Part shown: positions 1-10,600 of the stretch, piece after piece
Layout of the letters: every line of letters starts with the position of its first letter
Position numbering within the stretch: position 1 is the first letter of the stretch
Assembly (NCBI GenBank): GCA_963663385.2
Contig: CAXXXD010000002.1
Coordinates: forward strand, 1 to 64,000
Direction: 5' to 3'
Source of the DNA: Oceanispirochaeta sp.
GTDB lineage: Bacteria > Spirochaetota > Spirochaetia > DSM-2461
Length of the DNA: 64,000 bases
Position numbers and translations under genes: made by a program
The notes under the pieces: model-generated
What the model was told of the DNA's origin: nothing
Database searches by the model: none
The model's input: only the letters and a program-made list of their open reading frames with translations

Positions 1-3000
1 TCACCTTTTCCGGATCTGTAACGGCAGGCACAATCAATACAACCGCTTTAGAAACCTATAATGTTATTTTTAACGGCGGCGGAACAATTACCAATGCGGT
101 TAACTTCACAAACAGCGGTACGGTAACTCTCGGAAATGATAATCTGGACAGTATTACCTTCAACGGCGGGGTTGATACGGATGGTAATCCCTCGGGAACC
201 AATGTTGCGGGAAGCATAATTACAAGTAACGATACCATAGCCCTTGGAGCCATAACCCTGACGGATACGACAACCCTGGACAGCGGTGGCGGAGCGATAA
301 CCATTACCAGTATCACCGGTCCCCATAATCTGCTATTGGCTGCGGGGATTGCCGGAGGAACCACAACCGTATCCGGGGCAGTGACAAACCTTGGAAGCGG
401 AACCGGATCTGCCCTTGATGTGAATAACGGAGCGACCGGTCTTGTGCATTTCCAGAGCACCTTCGGAGGGAACAGCGGTCTCACGGCGGGAGCCGCAACG
501 AGCGTCCGCTTTGATGATAATGTCACCCTGGGCAATGGGAATACGGCGACGAACCTGGCGGGAGCTGTACAGCTTGACGGCTTAACCTTCAGCGGTTTCG
601 ACGGTTTGACCTTCGGAGCCCTGACCCTGTCGACGGCCGCAGTCACCCTTGATTCCAATGGCGGTAATATAGCTGTTACGACCATAACCGGTCCGCAGAA
701 TCTGCTTCTGGCCGCGGGAGTGGGCGTCGGAACGACTACGGTATCAGGAGCGGTAACAAACCTTGGAAGCGGTACGGGAGCCGCGCTGGATGTAAATAAT
801 GGCGTGACCGGTCTGGTCCGTTTTCAGAGCACCTTCGGAGGGAATAGCGGTCTCACGGCGGGAGCCGCAACGAGCGTCCGCTTTGATGATAATGTCACCC
901 TTGCCAATGGGAATACGGCGACGAACCTGGCGGGAGCTGTACAGCTTGACGGTTTAACCTTCAGCGGTTTCGACGGGCTGACCTTCGGAGCAACGACACT
1001 CTCAACCGCCACTGTCAACCTTGATTCCAACGGATCGGCGATTAACATTACGACATTGACCGGTCCCCAGAATCTGCTTCTGGCCGCGGGAGTGGGCATC
1101 GGAACGACTACGGTATCAGGAGCAGTGACGAACCTTGGAAGCGGCACGGGAGCCGCGCTGGATGTGAATAACGGGGTTACCGGTCTGGTCCGTTTCCAGA
1201 GCACCTTCGGAGGGAACAGCGGTCTTACGGCGGGAGCCGCAACAAACGTCCGCTTTGATGATAATGTCACCCTGGGCAATGGGAATACGGCGACGAACCT
1301 GGCGGGAGCTGTACAGCTTGACGGTTTAACCTTCAGCGGTTTCGACGGGCTGACCTTTAATGCCCTGACCCTGTCGACGGCCGCAGTCACCCTTGATTCC
1401 AACGGATCGGCGATTAACATTACGACATTGACCGGTCCGCAGAATCTGCTTCTGGCCGCGGGAGTGGGAGTCGGAACGACTACGGTATCAGGAGCGGTAA
1501 CAAACCTTGGAAGCGGCACGGGAGCTGCGCTGGATGTAAATAATGGCGTGACCGGTCTGGTCCGTTTTCAGAGCACCTTCGGAGGGAACAGCGGTCTCAC
1601 GGCGGGAGCCGCAACGAGCGTCCGCTTTGATGATAATGTCACCCTGGGCAATGGGAATACGGCGACGAACCTGGCGGGAGCTGTACAGCTTGACGGTTTA
1701 ACCTTCAGCGGTTTCGACGGGCTGACCTTCGGAGCAACGACACTCTCAACCGCCGCTGTCAACCTGACGACCAGTGACGGAACGAATATTACGACAGGCG
1801 GCATCACCGGAGGCAGCCAGGATCTTACTGTAAATGCCGGAGCAACCGGAGATATTGTTCTTGACTCCATGACGGCAGTAGGTACTTTTACGGTATCAAA
1901 CAGCAACAGTACAACCGTCACCAATGCGACTGCCGCAACAACGATAACTTTAACGGATACCACCGGAGATATCACCTTTTCCGGATCTGTAACGGCAGGC
2001 ACAATCAATACAACCGCTTTAGAAACCTATAATGTTATTTTTAACGGCGGCGGAACAATTACCAATGCGGTTAACTTCACAAACAGCGGTACGGTAACTC
2101 TCGGAAATGATAATCTGGACAGTATTACCTTCAACGGCGGGGTTGATACGGATGGTAATCCCTCGGGAACCAATGTTGCGGGAAGCATAATTACAAGTAA
2201 CGATACCATAGCCCTTGGAGCCATAACCCTGACGGATACGACAACCCTGGACAGCGGTGGCGGAGCGATAACCATTACCAGTATCACCGGTCCCCATAAT
2301 CTGCTATTGGCTGCGGGGATTGCCGGAGGAACCACAACCGTATCCGGGGGAGTGACAAACCTTGGAAGCGGAACCGGATCTGCCCTTGATGTGAATAACG
2401 GAGCGACCGGTCTTGTGCATTTCCAGAGCACCTTCGGAGGGAACAGCGGTCTCACGGCGGGAGCCGCAACGAGCGTCCGCTTTGATGATAATGTCACCCT
2501 GGGCAATGGGAATACGGCGACGAACCTGGCGGGAGCTGTACAGCTTGACGGCTTAACCTTCAGCGGTTTCGACGGTTTGACCTTCGGAGCCCTGACCCTG
2601 TCGACGGCCGCAGTCACCCTTGATTCCAATGGCGGTAATATAGCTGTTACGACCATAACCGGTCCGCAGAATCTGCTTCTGGTAGCGGGAGTGGGCGTCG
2701 GAACGACTACGGTATCAGGAGCGGTAACAAACCTTGGAAGCGGTACGGGAGCTGCGCTGGATGTAAATAATGGCGTGACCGGTCTGGTCCGTTTTCAGAG
2801 CACCTTCGGAGGGAATAGCGGTCTCACGGCGGGAGCCGCAACGAGCGTCCGCTTTGATGATAATGTCACCCTGGGCAATGGGAATACGGCGACGAACCTG
2901 GCGGGAGCTGTACAGCTTGACGGTTTAACCTTCAGCGGTTTCGACGGGCTGACCTTCGGAGCAACGACACTCTCAACCGCCACTGTCAACCTTGATTCCA

Positions 3001-6000
3001 ACGGATCGGCGATTAACATTACGACATTGACCGGTCCCCAGAATCTGCTTCTGGCCGCGGGAGTGGGCATCGGAACGACTACGGTATCAGGAGCAGTGAC
3101 GAACCTTGGAAGCGGCACGGGAGCCGTGCTGGATGTGAATAACGGGGTTACCGGTCTGGTCCGTTTCCAGAGCACCTTTGGAGGGAACAGCGGTCTTACG
3201 GCGGGAGCCGCAACAAACGTCCGCTTTGATGATAATGTCACCCTGGGCAATGGGAATACGGCGACGAACCTGGCGGGAGCTGTACAGCTTGACGGTTTAA
3301 CCTTCAGCGGTTTCGACGGGCTGACCTTCGGAGCAACGACACTCTCAACCGCCGCAGTCACCCTTGATTCCAACGGATCGGCGATTAACATTACGACATT
3401 GACCGGTCCGCAGAATCTGCTTCTGGCCGCGGGAGTGGGAGTCGGAACGACTACGGTATCAGGAGCGGTAACAAACCTTGGAAGCGGTACGGGAGCTGCG
3501 CTGGATGTAAATAATGGCGTGACCGGTCTGGTCCGTTTTCAGAGCACCTTCGGAGGGAACAGCGGTCTCACGGCGGGAGCTGCAACGAGCGTCCGCTTTG
3601 ATGATAATGTCACCCTGGGCAATGGGAATACGGCGACGAACCTGGCGGGAGCTGTACAGCTTGACGGTTTAACCTTCAGCGGTTTCGACGGGCTGACCTT
3701 CGGAGCAACGACACTCTCAACCGCCGCTGTCAACCTGACGACCAGTGACGGAACGAATATTACGACAGGCGCCATCACCGGAGGCAGCCAGGATCTTACT
3801 GTAAATGCCGGAGCAACCGGAGATATTGTTCTTGACTCCATGACGGCAGTAGGTACTTTTACGGTATCAAACAGCAACAGTACAACCGTCACCAATGCGA
3901 CTGCCGCAACAACGATAACTTTAACGGATACCACCGGAGATATCACCTTTTCCGGATCTGTAACGGCAGGCACAATCAATACAACCGCTTTAGAAACCTA
4001 TAATGTTATTTTTAACGGCGGCGGAACAATTACCAATGCGGTTAACTTCACAAACAGCGGTACGGTAACTCTCGGAAATGATAATCTGGACAGTATTACC
4101 TTCAACGGCGGGGTTGATACGGATGGTAATCCCTCGGGAACCAATGTTGCGGGAAGCATAATTACAAGTAACGATACCATAGCCCTTGGAGCCATAACCC
4201 TGACGGATACGACAACCCTGGACAGCGGTGGCGGAGCGATAACCATTACCAGTATCACCGGTCCCCATAATCTGCTATTGGCTGCGGGGATTGCCGGAGG
4301 AACCACAACCGTATCCGGGGCAGTGACAAACCTTGGAAGCGGAACCGGATCTGCCCTTGATGTGAATAACGGAGCGACCGGTCTTGTGCATTTCCAGAGC
4401 ACCTTCGGAGGGAACAGCGGTCTCACGGCGGGAGCCGCAACGAGCGTCCGCTTTGATGATAATGTCACCCTGGGCAATGGGAATACGGCGACGAACCTGG
4501 CGGGAGCTGTACAGCTTGACGGCTTAACCTTCAGCGGTTTCGACGGTTTGACCTTCGGAGCCCTGACCCTGTCGACGGCCGCAGTCACCCTTGATTCCAA
4601 TGGCGGTAATATAGCTGTTACGACCATAACCGGTCCGCAGAACCTGCTTCTGGCAGCGGGAGTGGGCGTCGGAACGACTACGGTATCAGGAGCGGTAACA
4701 AACCTTGGAAGCGGTACGGGAGCTGCGCTGGATGTAAATAATGGCGTGACCGGTCTGGTCCGTTTTCAGAGCACCTTCGGAGGGAATAGCGGTCTCACGG
4801 CGGGAGCCGCAACGAGCGTCCGCTTTGATGATAATGTCACCCTGGGCAATGGGAATACGGCGACGAACCTGGCGGGAGCTGTACAGCTTGACGGTTTAAC
4901 CTTCAGCGGTTTCGATGGGCTGACCTTCGGAGCAACGACACTCTCAACCGCCGCTGTCAACCTGACGACCAGTGACGGAACGAATATTACGACAGGCGCC
5001 ATCACCGGAGGCAGCCAGGATCTTACTGTAAATGCCGGAGCAACCGGAGATATTGTTCTTGACTCCATGACGGCAGTAGGTACTTTTACGGTATCAAACA
5101 GCAACAGTACAACCGTCACCAATGCGACTGCCGCAACAACGATAACTTTAACGGATACCACCGGAGATATCACCTTTTCCGGATCTGTAACGGCAGGCAC
5201 AATCAATACAACCGCTTTAGAAACCTATAATGTTATTTTTAACGGCGGCGGAACAATTACCAATGCGGTTAACTTCACAAACAGCGGTACGGTAACTCTC
5301 GGAAATGATAATCTGGACAGTATTACCTTCAACGGCGGGGTTGATACGGATGGTAATCCCTCGGGAACCAATGTTGCGGGAAGCATAATTACAAGTAACG
5401 ATACCATAGCCCTTGGAGCCATAACCCTGACGGATACGACAACCCTGGACAGCGGTGGCGGAGCGATAACCATTACCAGTATCACCGGTCCCCATAATCT
5501 GCTATTGGCTGCGGGGATTGCCGGAGGAACCACAACCGTATCCGGGGCAGTGACAAACCTTGGAAGCGGAACCGGATCTGCCCTTGATGTGAATAACGGA
5601 GCGACCGGTCTTGTGCATTTCCAGAGCACCTTCGGAGGGAACAGCGGTCTCACGGCGGGAGCCGCAACGAGCGTTCGCTTTGATGATAATGTCACCCTGG
5701 GCAATGGGAATACGGCGACGAACCTGGCGGGAGCTGTACAGCTTGACGGCTTAACCTTCAGCGGTTTCGACGGTTTGACCTTCGGAGCCCTGACCCTGTC
5801 GACGGCCGCAGTCACCCTTGATTCCAATGGCGGTAATATAGCTGTTACGACCATAACCGGTCCGCAGAACCTGCTTCTGGCAGCGGGAGTGGGCGTCGGA
5901 ACGACTACGGTATCAGGAGCGGTAACAAACCTTGGAAGCGGTACGGGAGCTGCGCTGGATGTAAATAATGGCGTGACCGGTCTGGTCCGTTTCCAGAGCA

Positions 6001-7690
6001 CCTTCGGAGGGAATAGCGGTCTCACGGCGGGAGCCGCAACGAGCGTCCGCTTTGATGATAATGTCACCCTTGCCAATGGGAATACGGCGACGAACCTGGC
6101 GGGAGCTGTACAGCTTGACGGTTTAACCTTCAGCGGTTTCGACGGGCTGACCTTCGGAGCAACGACACTCTCAACCGCCACTGTCAACCTTGATTCCAAC
6201 GGATCGGCGATTAACATTACGACATTGACCGGTCCCCAGAATCTGCTTCTGGCCGCGGGAGTGGGCATCGGAACGACTACGGTATCAGGAGCAGTGACGA
6301 ACCTTGGAAGCGGCACGGGAGCCGCGCTGGATGTGAATAACGGGGTTACCGGTCTGGTCCGTTTCCAGAGCACCTTTGGAGGGAACAGCGGTCTTACGGC
6401 GGGAGCCGCAACAAACGTCCGCTTTGATGATAATGTCACCCTGGGCAATGGGAATACGGCGACGAACCTGGCGGGAGCTGTACAGCTTGACGGTTTAACC
6501 TTCAGCGGTTTCGACGGGCTGACCTTTAATGCCCTGACCCTGTCGACGGCCGCAGTCACCCTTGATTCCAACGGATCGGCGATTAACATTACGACATTGA
6601 CCGGTCCGCAGAATCTGCTTCTGGCCGCGGGAGTGGGAGTCGGAACGACTACGGTATCAGGAGCGGTAACAAACCTTGGAAGCGGTACGGGAGCTGCGCT
6701 GGATGTAAATAATGGCGTGACCGGTCTGGTCCGTTTTCAGAGCACCTTCGGAGGGAACAGCGGTCTCACGGCGGGAGCTGCAACGAGCGTCCGCTTTGAT
6801 GATAATGTCACCCTGGGCAATGGGAATACGGCGACGAACCTGGCGGGAGCTGTACAGCTTGACGGTTTAACCTTCAGCGGTTTCGATGGGCTGACCTTCG
6901 GAGCAACGACACTCTCGACAGCCGCGGTTACCCTTGATTCCAATGGATCGGCGATCAATATTACAACTTTGACTGGTCCCCGGAATCTTCTATTGGCCGC
7001 GGGAGTGGGCATCGGAACGACTACGGTATCAGGAGCGGTAATAAACCTTGGAAGCGGTACGGGAGCTGCGCTGGATGTAAATAATGGCGTGACCGGTCTG
7101 GTCCGTTTTCAGAGCACCTTCGGAGGGAACAGCGGTCTCACGGCGGGAGCCGCAACGAGCGTCCGCTTTGATGATAATGTCACCCTGGGCAATGGCGATA
7201 CAGCCACGAATCTGGCGGGAGCTGTACAGCTTGACGGTTTAACCTTCAGCGGCTTCGACGGTTTGACCTTCGGAGCCCTGACCCTTTCGACGGCCGCGGT
7301 CACCCTTGATTCCAATGACGGTAATATAGTTGTTACGACCATAACAGGTCCGCAGAACCTGCTTCTTGCCGCGGGAGTGGGAGTCGGAACGACTACGGTA
7401 TCAGGAGCGGTAACAAACCTTGGAAGCGGAACCGGAGCCGCGTTAGATGTGAATAACGGAGCGACCGGTCTGGTCCGTTTTCAGAGCACCTTCGGAGGGA
7501 ACAGTGGGATTACTTCAGGAACAAATACCAATTTGCGATTTGATCAGAATGTTACGCTGGGAGATGGTGATACAGGAACAAATCTGGCGGGGGATGTGCA
7601 GCTTGACGGATTAAATTTTAGTTGTTTTGATGGTTTCACAGCTGGTGATCTGGGAACTGATGCATTAACCATTTCCGGTGCCGCCGTAGG
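1..7690 (+). repeat. Intragenic nested tandem repeat: 372-bp unit A and ~483-bp unit B arranged B-A4-B-A4-B-A2-B-A6
   Basis: A-unit anchors at 318, 690, 1062, 1434 (period 372). Identical B-linked antisense ORFs recur at 48, 2019, 3990, 5217 (offsets 1971, 1971, 1227 = 4x372+483 and 2x372+483). Last A copy is degenerate. Confidence 0.95.
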
Positions 7691-10600
7691 AATAAATTCC
7701 AACTCTTCAAATCTTACAATCAACTCGGAGGTATTTGGTGGAACTCAGGACTTGAGCTTGAATTCCGGTACCGCGGATGTTTTAATTCAGGGTGTAATTG
7801 CTAACCTGCCTGTAAATGTACTTCAAACTCTTACCATTACAGCTGACGATGCTGAGCTTTATAATATAGGTTCGGCCGGTAATAGCGGAGTACAGGGGAA
7901 TGTAAGTGTAACGACAACCAATTCAATTGTGTTGGATGGGCAATATTACAATACAGGCGGTTCACAAACATATAGTGCCGGACCGGATCCTATCGCTGGA
8001 AATGGTGCTGACGGTGGTATAAGGTTACTGTTAACCGGAAATGGAGAGTTCAGGGCAACTTCAATTACTTTTGGTGATACTCTGGCCCAAGCTCTGAATA
8101 ATATCGGAGATGTCTATCTGGATTTTAATGGGTTTATCCTTAACCTGTATACGAATATAACATGCGGTCAATTCACTTTCTTTAGAGGAACCTTTAACAC
8201 AAATGGAAATGACATCTCAACTTCCAATAATCTGGGAAGAGATTTTGTTATTTTTGGAGCCAATTTTGATGAGGATGATCATGATTGGGATGGAAACGGG
8301 AATCTAAATCTTGTTGAAGTAGATGATTCCCGATTTGATTATCCCAATAGAGCATCTCTGGCTTATGATCCGGGGATAGGGGTCTGTAATGCTGTTCTAG
8401 GGGATCTCTTCGGTTCATCAATTACTGTCGGATCCGGTTCTTCTGGTAGTTTTTATGTAAATGGTGAGGATTTGGATGCAACGGGAGGTTGGAATCTGAC
8501 AGTTCGAGATAACAGCTCATCTCCCGGATTGATTTATAATGCAGCATTAACAGCAGCAAATTGGGGCACTCCCTATAACATTGCCTTCAACTTACAAGTT
8601 GATAATTGTACAGTTTCAGGAGGAAGCATCTCGGCAGCCGAACCGGAAGTGGCTCCTGTCGAAACAAACAACAACATAACCAACGGAGGAGGCAACACTC
8701 TCTATAACCCTGTCGGCCCCATTAACGGCTGGGATTTCGACCGCCCGGACATCGTCTCCGCCCGAACCGTCTGGGACGACGTAATAGAAATCACCTTCGA
8801 TGAACCAATAGAAAACACCAATAACGAAATCTCCGATATAGTCGGGATAGCAGGATTCCAATCCCATACCGACACCGTAACAATCGGAGCCACCTATAGT
8901 TCGTTTAACTCCATAACCGGAGCCGCCGTCACCACCGACGGAGCAGAGGACCTGACGACCTTCTACGTACGTGTCAACGGAACCTGGAACACCGATGCCA
9001 TAGGAACCGATGCCGGAACCGCAACAAGCTCCGACGCAGACGGCATCCATAAAACAACTCTCCCGGATCTGTCTTTTATCAAATCCGCCCTCTACGATGC
9101 GGGAGGAAAGAACCCTGTCAGGAATTATAACCGGAACACATACGCCATCTATAACTCAACTACAGATGGAGCCGGCCCGGCCCTGGTTGCCGTAAAAGCC
9201 GGAACCGAAGCCTATACGGCCACTACGACCAGCAACTATGCCAATGGCCACAACTACTTCAAACTCCGTTATTCCGAACCCCTGGCTTTTAATACAAGCG
9301 CTGCCGTCGAACTGGCATCGGGTGATGTGAACAAGCCCTGTGGTGACTACGGCCTGGCCGGCGGGCAGTACCTCGGTCATATGGCCGATCGGACCACAAG
9401 CGGAACCGTAACAGTTCAGGGAATCTTCTCCTATACCGGTGTATTTGAATCCGGTCATATTCCCGATAGCAATGGCAGCGCCTACACGGATCAGGTAAAC
9501 TCCATCGACCGGCCCAACGATTACGAACTCCATATCAATATCGCCGGGTACTTCGATGATGTATACAATAATCTGTGGCCGGGCTATATCGGTTCCACGG
9601 GAGTCACATTGACCAGTCCTCACGGGGCAGCCTATGCCAGTCTGAATGATACGGGTGTCCTGGATGTAAACGGCAATCAGGTTATTTCCCAGGCCACAGG
9701 GCGGACCATCAATCAGAACCTCTCCTTTGCCGCCGGCTCCGACTGGAACGCCATAACCGATACAGGCTGGGATGTGGACCCGCCTGTTCTGGCTCCCTAT
9801 AAAATAGACGGTATCTACGAAATCATTCCCCAGGATAAAACGGTCAATACAATTATCGACCGTTTTGAGTATCACCTGCTGGACGATTCGGCAGACTTTG
9901 ATACCTGGGATAATGAAACCATGCATGTCGATTCAAACAGGGGGATCCGGGACACATCCATTCAGGATGTGGAGGCCTTCAGTTTTGAAGCGTCGGGGAT
10001 TACACCTCTGACTGGTTCCTACTGTCAGTCCTACAGTACTCAGGTTGATAACAGTGTGTTTGATCTGAACCCGATTAATGTGGCGGATGACCTGTACTTC
10101 TCTATCAATCTTCAGGACTCCGGGCATAACTGGGATACTCTGACAAAAATGTGGGCCTCCTATAATGAAGATACGGGATTCCTGACGGATCTGGCCGGAA
10201 ACAGGCTGCGCTCCTATAGCGAACTGAGAGCTGTAGAGAGTATTCCGCCCGGGATCACATTAACCCTTGCCGTCCCGGGGAATGACTGGTGCTATGTCAA
10301 ATTCTCGGAATCCGTCTATGGTAATAATACCGCTTCTGCGGCTATCTCTGCCGGAGACTTCTATCTTACCGGCACGACAGTAACCATTTCGTCTGTCGAA
10401 TCCTGGCCGGGGGATGACGAGGATAAAATTTACCGCTTTAACCTGTCCGAACCCCTGACAGAGAATGATATCGTAAAATCCTATATCGCAGTTCGTCCTC
10501 TGTCCGTCTACGATACGGAAGGAAACCCCTATCAGGATCAATTGATCCATCGTATCTCCGATCTGGGATTCAATATTGTAGAACCCCTCTGGGCCTCCGA

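Noticed and set aside
1..7690. CRISPR array or DGR template/variable repeat
   Set aside because: Units are 372/483 bp, in-frame and coding, with no unique spacers. Differences are not adenine-specific, and no cas or reverse transcriptase gene is in view.
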